A stretch of DNA of 64,000 nt from an uncultured Acidobacteriota bacterium (GCA_963796275.1 CAWCKY010000003.1:1216001-1280000); one strand, 5' to 3'. Shown: positions 1 to 10,222, counted from the stretch's first letter. The notes: generated from the sequence alone by a model not told the origin. Made by a program: numbers and translations.

Positions 1-219
1 ATCGATTCGACGCACCATCTCATCGGTGGGCACCGGCTCAGATACCTTGTCATATTCGTTGCAATATGCGCAGGAGAGATTACAGCGCCGGATGGGGATG
101 ATATGTGCCACTATGGGATGATCCGGCGATTTCATAGCCGCGGCGACCAGGCGAATTTCCCGGTATTTCCTGTTTATGCCGCGAATTTTTCTCCTGATGC
201 TCTTGAAATGCATATACAT
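1..219 (-). CDS. Radical SAM protein, N-terminal part (runs off the window edge; not in ORF track)
   Basis: Manual translation from ATG at 219 gives [11 protein letters not shown]...[35 protein letters not shown]. It has a CxxxCxxC motif and stays open to position 1. Confidence 0.85.
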   Translation of the reverse strand, partial: MYMHFKSIRRKIRGINRKYREIRLVAAAMKSPDHPIVAHIIPIRRCNLSCAYCNEYDKVSEPVPTDEMVRRID

Positions 220-333
220 ATGATATTGACGATTTCGAGCCGCCGCAATAGGATGACACCTGCGTTATCCTAATTAACTCATTAACTGAATTAGCAGTAA
301 GACACAATTTCCCAACAATACAAAGGAGTGTGT

Positions 334-1455
334 ATGAAACGCCTCTCTATTCTCACCGTAGGTATTCTCCTTGCTCTCGGCTTGTTTGTTGAGGGCGCAA
401 TTCCCGCCAAGTGGACGGCGGAAATGAAAGAGGGCAAACCGATGATTAAATCCATGGGGCCCTTGACCTTCGGACCTGAAGGGATACTCTTCATCGCGGA
501 CACCAAATCGGCGGCGATTGTCGCGGTCTCCACCGGCGATGTCCGCCCCGCTTCGGGAGTAAAGCCACTCAAGGTCGAAGGGATAAACCAGAAGATCGCC
601 GCGTTGCTGGGAACTAGCGCAGATCAGGTCATCATCGACGACATGGCGATCAATCCGATCTCGCGCAACGCATACCTGGCCGTCTCGCGCGGCCGGGGAA
701 CCGATGCCATCCCAGTGCTTGTTCGAGTAAAGGGCGATGGCCAGCTCGAGGTTGTATCTTTGGAAAAGGTGAAATTTTCGCAAGCGGGATTGCCCGATGC
801 GCCGGCAGATGCATCAGTCGGACAGGGCAACCGGCAGCGGAATCCGAGGCGGGAATCGATCACCGACATCGCATTCGTCGAAGGGCGTGTTCTGATTGCC
901 GGCCTCTCGAATGAGGAATTCTCCTCGACTCTACGCGCGGTCCCATTTCCCTTCCGGACGATCGACAACGGAACGAGCGTAGAAATATACCACGGCGCGC
1001 ACGGCCAATTTGAGACGCGTTCTCCGGTGCGCACATTCGCGCCGTTCAATATCGGCAAAGAATCGCATCTTCTGGCCGCATACACCTGCACACCTCTCGT
1101 GCAATTCCCGATCAGCGAGTTGAAGCCGGGCGCGAAGATCAAGGGTAAGACGATAGCCGAGCTCGGTAACCGTAACCGGCCGCTCGATATGATCGTTTAT
1201 GAGAAGGGCGGCAAACGGCATCTCCTGCTGGCGAATAGCAACAGGGGAATCATGAAGATCAGCACCGAAAATATCGAAGGGGCTGAGAGCATCGTCGCTC
1301 CCGTGACGGGCGGGGGAAATCAGGGCATGCCATATGAGACCATCGAAAGTTGGACAGGTGTGGTACAGCTTGACCGCTTGGACAACCAGCACGCCATTGT
1401 GCTGCGTAACGTCGAGGGCGGGTCGGTGAATCTCGAGTCGTTGCCACTGCCCTAG
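334..1455 (+). CDS. Secreted hypothetical protein, probably beta-propeller-like
   Basis: AAGGAG at 323-328 precedes ATG 334; Sec-type signal peptide; repeated D-hydrophobic strand motifs; family not recognised. Confidence 0.8.
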   Translation: MKRLSILTVGILLALGLFVEGAIPAKWTAEMKEGKPMIKSMGPLTFGPEGILFIADTKSAAIVAVSTGDVRPASGVKPLKVEGINQKIAALLGTSADQVIIDDMAINPISRNAYLAVSRGRGTDAIPVLVRVKGDGQLEVVSLEKVKFSQAGLPDAPADASVGQGNRQRNPRRESITDIAFVEGRVLIAGLSNEEFSSTLRAVPFPFRTIDNGTSVEIYHGAHGQFETRSPVRTFAPFNIGKESHLLAAYTCTPLVQFPISELKPGAKIKGKTIAELGNRNRPLDMIVYEKGGKRHLLLANSNRGIMKISTENIEGAESIVAPVTGGGNQGMPYETIESWTGVVQLDRLDNQHAIVLRNVEGGSVNLESLPLP

Positions 1456-1469
1456 AAATTATTACTCGC

Positions 1470-1592
1470 CGGCGAGACGGCTGGAAGGTAGCCCGGGGTT
1501 TACGCCGCGTTCACGCCTTGTCATTACCCAGCAGATCCGTACAAAGGTCAGGGTAATGACAAGGCTCCAACCTCCTCCAGCCCGTCTCGCCG
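1470..1592. repeat. Nested palindromic element (REP/MITE-like or structured RNA)
   Basis: Outer arms CGGCGAGACGGCTGGA (1470-1485) and TCCAGCCCGTCTCGCCG (1576-1592); perfect 15-bp inner stem 1515-1529/1551-1565. Confidence 0.7.
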
Positions 1593-1693
1593 CTTGATCG
1601 CACTCCCGCGGTGTAAAACCGAAGATTCAAGCAACTCCTCTCTGTTTCCGCGGTGAACCGGATAAATTAACTGAGCTCTATGAGACCTAAGGG

Positions 1694-2887
1694 ATGAAGA
1701 AACGATTCCCCTTAATTTTTATCGCAATCTATCTTGGTTCATTTGCATCCTGGTCTCCTTCTATCGCGGATGCTCAAATCGCCGCGCCTGCCACCGTCAG
1801 GTGGATACAAGACCCCGATCAAACAGATAAAATTGTCGTTGAAGTCACCGGTTTGAACGAAATCGCGCTTCGGAGATTACAAAGCGCGAACTGGAAATTA
1901 CCCCATTGGCAGCGATTGCTCTCGATATACGCAGAACCGCAGGGAGAACGGAGTCAGAATAGTCTTCCTCCGATGTTAGGTGATTATCGCATTGAATCGG
2001 GATTACTGCGTTTTGTGCCACAGTTTCCGCTCGAGCCCGGTATAACTTATCGCGCCATCTTTCGGCCCGTTCGATTGCCAGGCGGAAGAAATTCACTAAC
2101 GGGGGAGGTCATATCCGTTTTTGAGCTCACCGCAAAACGAGATTATCCGACCACTACTGTGAAGGCTATTTATCCCAGCGCCGGTATTGTTCCGGAGAAC
2201 CTCCTGAAATTTTATCTCCATTTTTCTGAGGCCATGAGTCGCGGACGCATCTACGACCATATCCGGTTGCGGGACGAAGAAGGAAAACTGATAGAGCTGC
2301 CTTTTCTTGAGATCGATGAAGAGCTGTGGGATCCGACGATGACGAGACTCACTCTATTCTTCGATCCCGGACGTATCAAACGTGGTGTCCGTCCGCTCGA
2401 AGAAGTAGGTCCGGCGCTGGAGACCGGAAAAAGTTATACCTTGGTGGTAGGAAGTGGATTGCAGGATGGAGCGGGGAAGCCGCTCAAAGCGGGCTTTAAG
2501 AAGGAATTCAAGGTGGGGCTGCCGGACCGTGAACCGCCCGATCCGTCTACCTGGAAGATTCAAACGCCGCTCCTTGATGCGCTCGAACCGCTCGCGGTCG
2601 ATTTAATGGAACCAATTGATCATGCCCTCGCGCTGCGCCTCATCACCGTCATTGGTGAGTCGGGCGAGAGGATCGATGGAAAGGCGACATTGGCTGACGA
2701 GGAACGACGTTGGATATTCACTCCCGTTATCCCCTGGCGACGCGGATCATATAAACTTGTCATCCAAACCAACCTGGAAGATTTGGCGGGAAACAACATT
2801 GGTAAGCCATTTGACGTGGATTTGTTTGAAGGAGTCCAGCGAAGACTCACTTCATCAACGGTGGAACGCTCATTTGAAGTCCGCTAG
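1694..2887 (+). CDS. Secreted hypothetical protein with Ig-like (Big_5/SbsA-like) repeats
   Basis: Signal peptide; motifs FVPQFPLEPGITY, ENLLKFYLHFSEAM, WIFTPVIPW, LEDLAGN. Confidence 0.75.
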   Translation: MKKRFPLIFIAIYLGSFASWSPSIADAQIAAPATVRWIQDPDQTDKIVVEVTGLNEIALRRLQSANWKLPHWQRLLSIYAEPQGERSQNSLPPMLGDYRIESGLLRFVPQFPLEPGITYRAIFRPVRLPGGRNSLTGEVISVFELTAKRDYPTTTVKAIYPSAGIVPENLLKFYLHFSEAMSRGRIYDHIRLRDEEGKLIELPFLEIDEELWDPTMTRLTLFFDPGRIKRGVRPLEEVGPALETGKSYTLVVGSGLQDGAGKPLKAGFKKEFKVGLPDREPPDPSTWKIQTPLLDALEPLAVDLMEPIDHALALRLITVIGESGERIDGKATLADEERRWIFTPVIPWRRGSYKLVIQTNLEDLAGNNIGKPFDVDLFEGVQRRLTSSTVERSFEVR

Positions 2888-3217
2888 AGGGCGTTATCTG
2901 AAAATTTCATGAACTGCTGAAAAGGTGCAAGATGACATTAATAAATGGTTCGAACACTACTCCAATTACTTGTATACACAATTTCAGTGTCTCGCACCCC
3001 TCACGAGGATATCTCATTTACCCCCCTCGATGATTTGACTTGTAGCCTCGAAGTACGGAGAATCTAGGCGTAACTTTTAATACTCCAACAGCGTTTATAG
3101 TTCATGCGGAGGATGGCTGTCAGAGCAATCGGCTTCCGAGTGCCAACATCAGATTCTTCATCCTCTTTCTGTATCATATTATCGATCGCACGCCCTATTA
3201 AAGGGATGAAAGTGTCA

Positions 3218-5770
3218 ATGAGAAGAAATAATCTGCTCCGTATCCTCATTATTATTCTATTGCCGCTGGTTTGGTTTGCCATCGGTCCGCCCGCGCCTTT
3301 GGCCCAAAGACCTGAGAAATTAGGTGTGTTCGAAAAGTCGATTCAGCCCTTCTTCTCGGAGAGCTGTTACATGTGCCACAACTCGTCACTCAAATCGGGC
3401 GGACTGGATCTGGAGTTATTTAAAACTGCCGAATCTATCCTCGAAAGTAGAGAGACGTGGGAACACGTTCTGCAGAAGTTGCAAACGGGTGAAATGCCGC
3501 CGAAAGGAACCCCTCGTCCGGACGAAGCGGAATTGAAAGCGGCCATCCGGTGGCTCGAAAACCAATTCGCTCGCGCTGACCGGCTCGCCAAACCCGACCC
3601 GGGGCGCGTCACCGCGAGGCGATTGAACCGCGCTGAATATAACAACACGGTGCATGATTTACTCGGCGTGGATATGCATCCAGCTGATGATTTCCCGCAG
3701 GACGATTCCGGCTACGGGTTCGATAATATTGGCGATGTGCTCTCGCTCTCGCCGGTGCTGATGGAGAAATATCTGGCAGCCGCCGAAAAAGTCGCGCGCG
3801 CTGCCCTCTTCGGCCAGGAGCAATTGAAACCCACGCTGGTGCAATACCGGCTGCCGGGCCGTAGAATTACGCCGACCCGAACGCCGCCGGCGGATTACGA
3901 TCTCACGGGGCTGACGCTTCCCAATTCCTTTCATGTGACACATCGATTCCCGGTTGATGGCGAGTATGTTGTACGCATATTTACCGGAGGAATCCGCCCG
4001 GCGGGATCGGAACCGATTGATATCGGGTTATGGATGGATGGACAGCTGGTTAAGGAAGCACAGCTCGATCCGGATAAAACGGCATCGTTCGATGATAACA
4101 ATCAGGAATTCGGGGGCAAGGTTCAAGAGCTTCGCACCAAGATTACAGCGGGTGATCATCTGGTGACGACTTCGATCTTGCGCCTGTACGAAGGATTACC
4201 TGCCAGATATAACGGCCCGAACCCGTCTAAAAGGACTCCGCCGCCGCCCCCGGTTTTCAAGATGCGGCCCAACATACCGCCCGAGCGAGCCGCGGAGTTC
4301 AAAAAGCGATTCGAAGCGCGCAGAGCTGAAGCGCAAAAGATTCCGATCAACGAAGCCAGAGTCAGTTACATCGAGATTGGTGGCCCATACAATCAGGCCA
4401 AGGGGCCATCACAAGAGAGCCTGAAAAAAATCTATGTGTGCGGCCATCTAGACGGAAAGCATCAAACGGGGTGCGAGCGAAAAATCATAGCCAATATGGC
4501 GCGCCGGGCCTTCCGCCGCCCGGTCGCGGCGGAAGAGATCGAAAAGCTGCTGGAGCTGGTCGCTCTCGCCGAGCAGCGCGGCGATTCATTCGAAGAGGGG
4601 CTCTGCATCTCGCTGCAGGCCATGATGGTCTCTCCCGACTTCCTCTTCCGCATCGAGCGTGATCGTCCCGCATCGAAGGGGGCGAGCGCCCAAGCTGTAA
4701 AAGTCAATTTTGACGGCATCGATGGCACGCGACCGATCAGCGACCATGAACTTGCCTCGCGCCTGTCGTATTTCATCTGGAGCAGTATGCCGGACGATGC
4801 CTTGATGCGCCTTGCGGATCGAGGCCTCCTGCGCCAGCCGGCCGTGCTCGCGGCGCAGGTTCGGCGCATGCTGAAAGATTCGAAGGCGCGCGCGCTGGTG
4901 GAGAATTTCGGCGGGCAATGGCTGGAATTGCGCAAACTCGAATCGGTCAAACCCGACCGTCAGCGCTTCCCGGATTTCGATGAGTATCTGCGCACGTCGA
5001 TGCGCCGCGAGACCGAGATGTTCATCGAGGCAATTGTGCGCGATGATCGAAGCATCCTCGACTTTATCGATGGGAAATATTCGTACCTCAACGAGCGGAT
5101 GGCCCAGTTCTACAAGGTACCCGGAGTGAACGGGCCAGAGTTTCGCAAAGTGCTCCTGTCAGGAAACGCGCAACGGAGCGGAATATTGACACAGGCCAGT
5201 GTTCTGACGGTCTCTTCTTATACGACGCGCACCTCGCCGGTGCTGCGGGGCAAATGGATTCTGGAGAACATACTAAATGCGCCGCCTCCGCCTCCTCCTC
5301 CGGGGGTACCCAATCTGGACGAGGCCAAAATCGGTTCATCGGCTACGTTGCGCCAGCAGCTGGAAGAACATCGCAATAATGCGACGTGCGCTTCCTGCCA
5401 CGCGCGCATGGATCCTTTGGGTTTCGGACTGGAGAACTTTGATGCCATCGGGGCATGGCGCACGCAGGATGGGAAGTTTCCGGTCGATACTTCGGGAAAG
5501 CTACCGGACGGCCGGTCGTTTCAGGGGCCGGAGCAGTTGAAGGCGATCCTGAGAGCCGATCGTGATGCATTCGCCGAGTGTTTGACTGAGAAGCTGTTGA
5601 CGTATGGATTGGGGCGCGGGCTTGAGCGTTACGACAAACCGGTAGTGAAGCGAATCGCCAGAAACGTCGCAGCCAACAATTATCGCTTCTCCAGCCTCGT
5701 GCTGGATATCGTCAAGAGCATGCCGTTTCAAATGAGGAGAAATTTTCAAGTCGCTCGTGAGATGCGATGA
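3218..5770 (+). CDS. DUF1592/1588/1587/1595/1585 (planctomycete-type) cytochrome c protein
   Basis: Two CxxCH motifs (CYMCH, CASCH); RRLNRAEYNNT, ELASRLSYFIWSSMPD, TSPVLRGKW, DPLGFGLENFD. Start 3206 or 3218 precedes the signal peptide. Confidence 0.9.
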   Translation: MRRNNLLRILIIILLPLVWFAIGPPAPLAQRPEKLGVFEKSIQPFFSESCYMCHNSSLKSGGLDLELFKTAESILESRETWEHVLQKLQTGEMPPKGTPRPDEAELKAAIRWLENQFARADRLAKPDPGRVTARRLNRAEYNNTVHDLLGVDMHPADDFPQDDSGYGFDNIGDVLSLSPVLMEKYLAAAEKVARAALFGQEQLKPTLVQYRLPGRRITPTRTPPADYDLTGLTLPNSFHVTHRFPVDGEYVVRIFTGGIRPAGSEPIDIGLWMDGQLVKEAQLDPDKTASFDDNNQEFGGKVQELRTKITAGDHLVTTSILRLYEGLPARYNGPNPSKRTPPPPPVFKMRPNIPPERAAEFKKRFEARRAEAQKIPINEARVSYIEIGGPYNQAKGPSQESLKKIYVCGHLDGKHQTGCERKIIANMARRAFRRPVAAEEIEKLLELVALAEQRGDSFEEGLCISLQAMMVSPDFLFRIERDRPASKGASAQAVKVNFDGIDGTRPISDHELASRLSYFIWSSMPDDALMRLADRGLLRQPAVLAAQVRRMLKDSKARALVENFGGQWLELRKLESVKPDRQRFPDFDEYLRTSMRRETEMFIEAIVRDDRSILDFIDGKYSYLNERMAQFYKVPGVNGPEFRKVLLSGNAQRSGILTQASVLTVSSYTTRTSPVLRGKWILENILNAPPPPPPPGVPNLDEAKIGSSATLRQQLEEHRNNATCASCHARMDPLGFGLENFDAIGAWRTQDGKFPVDTSGKLPDGRSFQGPEQLKAILRADRDAFAECLTEKLLTYGLGRGLERYDKPVVKRIARNVAANNYRFSSLVLDIVKSMPFQMRRNFQVAREMR

Positions 5771-5848
5771 GGAGATGAAGAGATGAGAAGATGAAAGGTT
5801 TCAGTTATAAGCGATCAGAAACGAAAACTGAAAACTATTTTCTGAGGA
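5766..5848. repeat. 8-mer array (GATGARRR x4) plus degenerate CTGAAAA-family hairpin
   Basis: GATGAGGA GATGAAGA GATGAGAA GATGAAAG at 5766-5797; GTTTCAGTT (5798-5806) pairs imperfectly with AACTGAAAAC (5826-5835). Confidence 0.55.
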
Positions 5849-5862
5849 CACCGAGGGGAAAA

Positions 5863-7227
5863 ATGATTATCACACGCAACCATCTGCCGAGACGAACGTT
5901 TCTCAAGGGAATGGGAATAACCATTGCGCTGCCTGCGCTCGATGCTATGACGCCCGCATTGGCCGGGAGAGCGAATGGTAAGGCGCCTCTTCGCCTCTCC
6001 TTCGTATACGTGCCCAATGGCATCGTGATGAATGAATGGAAGCCACAGGGTACTGGCAAAGATTTTGAGCTGACGCGCATCTTGAAGCCCCTGGGTGCAT
6101 TCCGCGAAGATATTTTCGTTCTCTCCGGGTTGGATGATCATAACGGAAATGCCCTGGGCGATGGTGCGGGCGACCATGCCCGCGCAGGAGCCGCTTACCT
6201 GACCGGCGTCCACTGTAAGAAGACGGCCGGCGCCGATATTCATAACGGAATCTCGACCGATCAGATCGCAGCCCAACAACTCGCTTCATTGACTCGCCTG
6301 CCTTCGATAGAGCTGGGCTGCGAAGACTCGCGCACGGTAGGCAATTGCGATTCGGGGTATAGTTGCGCATATACCAACAGCATCTCCTGGCGAGGTCCGA
6401 CTACACCGATGCCGCCCGAGGTCAATCCGCGGATGGCATTCGAACGGATGTTCGGAACAGTCGATCTGAGTCTGGACCCTGCGACGCGCACGCGCCGCGC
6501 CGAATACCGTAAGAGTATTCTGGATTTCGTCGGCGAACGGACTGAAAAACTTGTCGGAACGCTGGGTCCGTCGGATCGCCGCAAGATCGATGAGTACCTT
6601 TCCGCGATCCGGGAGATAGAACAGCGGATTGATAAGGCGGAGAAGGAGACTCGCGAAGTGTTGCCCGCGATCGATAAACCCGCCGGAATCCCTCTCGATT
6701 TTCGCGAATATGCGAAGCTTATGTTCGATCTCCAAGTGGTGGCGTTCCAGGCCGATATTACGCGCATCTCGACTTTGATGATCGGACGCGAAGGGAGCAT
6801 GCGGGTCTATCCTGAGATCGGCATTCCGGATCCGCATCATCCGTTAACGCATCATCGCAACAATCAGGATTGGATCGAGAAGATCATCCAGATCAATTGC
6901 CTGCACACCGAGCTATTCGCGTATTTCCTGGGCAAGCTCAAGTCAACGCCGGATGGTGATGGGACGCTGCTCGATCGTTCGATGATCGTTTATGGGAGCG
7001 GCTTGAGTGACGGCAACCGCCATCAGCACGAAGACTTGCCGATACTGCTCGCCGGGCGAGGCGACAATTCGGGCGGCGCGTCGAAATTCAAGACTGGGCG
7101 GCACATCGTATATCCGAAAGGGACGCCGATGACGAATCTCTACTTGACGCTCCTTGATCGCATGGGCGTATGCCCGGAGAAGATCGGCGACAGCACCGGA
7201 AAGGTCGAGCATCTAACCGAGTTGTAG
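5863..7227 (+). CDS. DUF1552 (HxxSHH-type) protein, Tat-like signal
   Basis: PRRTFLKG twin-arginine motif, YVPNG, GYSCAYTNSISW, HHPLTHH; usual partner of the upstream DUF1592 gene. Confidence 0.9.
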   Translation: MIITRNHLPRRTFLKGMGITIALPALDAMTPALAGRANGKAPLRLSFVYVPNGIVMNEWKPQGTGKDFELTRILKPLGAFREDIFVLSGLDDHNGNALGDGAGDHARAGAAYLTGVHCKKTAGADIHNGISTDQIAAQQLASLTRLPSIELGCEDSRTVGNCDSGYSCAYTNSISWRGPTTPMPPEVNPRMAFERMFGTVDLSLDPATRTRRAEYRKSILDFVGERTEKLVGTLGPSDRRKIDEYLSAIREIEQRIDKAEKETREVLPAIDKPAGIPLDFREYAKLMFDLQVVAFQADITRISTLMIGREGSMRVYPEIGIPDPHHPLTHHRNNQDWIEKIIQINCLHTELFAYFLGKLKSTPDGDGTLLDRSMIVYGSGLSDGNRHQHEDLPILLAGRGDNSGGASKFKTGRHIVYPKGTPMTNLYLTLLDRMGVCPEKIGDSTGKVEHLTEL

Positions 7228-7279
7228 CTCGATTCGGAGTCGTTCAGCGGTCACGGACGACGGCCTGAATCAATAAAAT

Positions 7280-7344
7280 GCGGGGCTGAAGACCGCGGAG
7301 AACGACAAGTATCTCCCGTCTCCGGCCTCACCGTCTCCATCTCA
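7280..7344. repeat. Degenerate 8-mer-armed hairpin
   Basis: Purine-rich arm GCGGGGCTGAAGACCGCGGAGA against periodic TCTCCCGTCTCCGGCCTCACCGTCTCCATCTC. Confidence 0.4.
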
Positions 7345-7361
7345 ATTTTTCGAGGAGGCAT

Positions 7362-8018
7362 ATGATCACACCAGACCTGCCACTTAAACGTCGCTCTTTC
7401 CTACGCAATATGTCAGCTGGGGCCGCGTTTTTCACTATCCCCGGCATCTTCGCTGAAGAACTGATACAGACGCCGCGCCAGACCGAAGGGCCTTTCTATC
7501 CCGACAAACTTCCGCTCGATACGGACAACGATCTGCTGGTCATCAACGACACCATCACTCCGGCAGTAGGAGAGATCACATGGGTAAGCGGGCGAATTCT
7601 GGACGCGCGCGGCGAGCCGATCAAAAACGCCGTCGTTGAAATCTGGCAATGTGATAAGAACGGAGCATACCTGCACAGTAAGACCGGTAACGCGGATAAA
7701 CGAGATCCCAACTTTCAGGGCTTTGGGCGATTCGTCACCGGTTCGAACGGCTCTTATTTATTTCGCACCATCAAACCGGTAGCTTATCCCGGTCGCGCAC
7801 CTCACATTCACTACATGATCAAGATGAAGGGTCGGGACAAGTTCACGACTCAATGCTACATCCAGGGCGATCCTGGTAACGAACGCGACGGAGTGCTCAA
7901 AGGAATCAAGGACACCAAGGCGAAAGATTCGGTCATTGTCCCCTTCGCTCCGATGAAGGACTCGCGCATCGGCGAGCTCGCGGCGCGGTTCGACATCGTA
8001 CTGGGGTTCAATGCCTGA
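7362..8018 (+). CDS. Intradiol ring-cleavage dioxygenase-like protein with Tat-like signal
   Basis: EGPFYP, VEIWQCD, YPGRAPHIH (Tyr/Tyr/His/His iron ligands); KRRSFL at the N-terminus; GAGGAGG RBS. Confidence 0.9.
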   Translation: MITPDLPLKRRSFLRNMSAGAAFFTIPGIFAEELIQTPRQTEGPFYPDKLPLDTDNDLLVINDTITPAVGEITWVSGRILDARGEPIKNAVVEIWQCDKNGAYLHSKTGNADKRDPNFQGFGRFVTGSNGSYLFRTIKPVAYPGRAPHIHYMIKMKGRDKFTTQCYIQGDPGNERDGVLKGIKDTKAKDSVIVPFAPMKDSRIGELAARFDIVLGFNA

Positions 8019-8371
8019 GTCAGTTCAGCAGCTCCCGGACAGAATAAAGCGAAATCTGAAGCAGAGGTAATCCATTTATCCCGATTCACCGGGCATTCCC
8101 GCCGGGTAGCTGAGACGTCCTCCTAGGATTGGTGAAATATCCGGCGCTCTACCCGCAGGCGCTCGAGCGCCCTTTTCATTTCGGCTTTTAGCCTGCTAAT
8201 GCTGCTGGGGCAGGCGCGAGGAAACGGTCTTGCATTACCTGCGCGCTACCAGGCGTTCAACGGCTAGCCTTCCAGGCTGAGCAGTTTTGCGATTTATGGC
8301 TTTTACCATTTGATTTCTACATTACGCCCCCCGTTACAGATTCATTTCAAGAAAGGAAAGAATAAAACCTC

Positions 8372-10135
8372 GTGCGACGATCCTCATCACTACTCTGGCT
8401 ACTCCTTTCGTTTTTATTGACCTCGAATGTGTTTGCTCAGGATGCGGAAACTTATCCCGACCATCCTGACTCAAAGCAGCAGACCGGCGTGCCGAAAGGC
8501 GAGGTGCTCAAATTCACCTTCGAGAACTCGAAGATATTTCCGGGCACCTGGCGTGAGTATTCGGTCTATATCCCGGCGCAATACACGCCCGATAAGCCGG
8601 CATGTGTTTATGTCAATCAGGACGGCGTTCAATGGCAGGCTCCGGTTGTCTTCGACAACCTGATCCACAAAAAAGAGATGCCCGTGACTATCGGGGTGTT
8701 CGTCATGCACGGAAGAGTGAGAGCCGCCCAGGCCGATGCCGCGCTCGACCGCTTCAACCGCAGCTACGAATACGACGGCCTCGGGGACAGCTACGTACGC
8801 TTCATTCTTGACGAGTTGCTGCCCGACGTCGAGACCAAGAAAGCATCGGATGGTCGGCCGATTCGCCTCTCGAAGAACGGCAACGACCGCGCTATCGGGG
8901 GGTCATCGAGCGGCGCAATCTGCGCGTTCACGGCAGCGTGGGAAAGGCCTGATGCGTTCAGCCGCGTCTTCAGCGCCATCGGCACATACGTCGGATTGCG
9001 AGGTGGCGACCGCTATCACACACTCATCCGTAAATACGAGCCCAAGCCGATTCGCATCTATTTACAGGATGGATCGAAAGATCTGAACATCTATGGCGGC
9101 GATTGGTGGATGTCCAATCAGACGATGGAGCGCGCGCTCTCCTTCGCCGGATACGAAGTGCAGCATATCTGGGGCGATGGCGCGCACAATGGCAGACATG
9201 GGACGGCGATCTTCCCCGAAGCCATGCGCTGGCTCTGGAAAGACTGGCCGCAGCCGGTTAAAGCGGGTCAATCAAAGAATGCCACGATCGCCGCGCTGCT
9301 CGTTCCCGGCGAAAGCTGGCAGCTCGTGAGCGAAGGATACCGGTTCACCGAAGGCTCGGCCGTCAATGCAAAAGGAGAGGTCTTCTTCAATGATGTGCCG
9401 AACAGCAAGACATACAAGGTCGGGCTCGACGGCAAGGTGAGCTTATTCTTGTCGGATACGAAGAGGGGCGACGGTCAGATATTCGGTCCCGACGGAAGGC
9501 TCTATTCAGTGGCCAGCGCCGAGGGAAAGATCATCGCTTACGACGCCGAAGGTAAGGCGTCAATAATTACCGATGGTATCAAGGGAAACGATCTCGTGGT
9601 CGCGAAGAACGGCAATATCTATCTCACAAATCCTGGCAGCGGCGGCGCAGATCCTAGCAAGATCTGGCTCATCAAGCCGAACGGAGAGAAGAAGGTCGTG
9701 GATACAGGGTTGCTCTTTTCGAATGGAATCACGCTCTCTCCCGACCAGACTTTGCTATACGTAGACGATATGCGTTCGCACTGGGTCTACAGTTATCAGA
9801 TACTGCCTGACGGTACGCTCCAGCATAAGCAGCGTTACTATTGGCTACACGTGCCGGATACCGCGGATGAATCGGGGGCCGATGGAATGCGCGTCGATCG
9901 CGACGGACGGCTTTACGTTGCGACTCGGATGGGCATTCAGGTCTGCGATCAGGCGGGCCGCGTAAATGCGATTATCCCAACCCCGAATGGTAAGATTTCG
10001 AACATCACATTCGGTGGAGAGAATTTCGACACGATCTTTGCGACCTGCGGCGACAAAGTCTACAAGCGCAAGCTCAATACCAAAGGCGCAAATGGCTGGG
10101 ATGCGCCGATCAAGCCTGCGGCGCCGAGGCTTTAG
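8372..10135 (+). CDS. Fused Fes-like alpha/beta esterase and SMP-30/gluconolactonase propeller, secreted
   Basis: GGSSSG nucleophile elbow, then FTEG, NGITLSPDQ and ADGMRVD SMP-30 motifs. Confidence 0.88.
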   Translation: MRRSSSLLWLLLSFLLTSNVFAQDAETYPDHPDSKQQTGVPKGEVLKFTFENSKIFPGTWREYSVYIPAQYTPDKPACVYVNQDGVQWQAPVVFDNLIHKKEMPVTIGVFVMHGRVRAAQADAALDRFNRSYEYDGLGDSYVRFILDELLPDVETKKASDGRPIRLSKNGNDRAIGGSSSGAICAFTAAWERPDAFSRVFSAIGTYVGLRGGDRYHTLIRKYEPKPIRIYLQDGSKDLNIYGGDWWMSNQTMERALSFAGYEVQHIWGDGAHNGRHGTAIFPEAMRWLWKDWPQPVKAGQSKNATIAALLVPGESWQLVSEGYRFTEGSAVNAKGEVFFNDVPNSKTYKVGLDGKVSLFLSDTKRGDGQIFGPDGRLYSVASAEGKIIAYDAEGKASIITDGIKGNDLVVAKNGNIYLTNPGSGGADPSKIWLIKPNGEKKVVDTGLLFSNGITLSPDQTLLYVDDMRSHWVYSYQILPDGTLQHKQRYYWLHVPDTADESGADGMRVDRDGRLYVATRMGIQVCDQAGRVNAIIPTPNGKISNITFGGENFDTIFATCGDKVYKRKLNTKGANGWDAPIKPAAPRL

Positions 10136-10142
10136 GGCTGAT

Positions 10143-10222
10143 AGTTTCCAGTTTCCAGTTTTCAGTTTTCAGTTGTGCGGTCTCGATCGGCAACAGAAAA
10201 CTGAAAACTGAAGTCTGAACTA
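10143..10222. repeat. Heptamer-armed hairpin, AGTTTTC/CTGAAAA family
   Basis: AGTTTCC x2, AGTTTTC x2, AGTTG, then a ~15-nt loop, then CAACAGAAAA CTGAAAA CTGAAGT CTGAACT. Confidence 0.85.

Noticed and set aside
8019-8371. GC-rich intergenic region as a riboswitch or ncRNA
   Set aside because: Only short palindromes (GGCGCTCGAGCGCC) and REP-like remnants; no Rfam-type consensus that I recognise.
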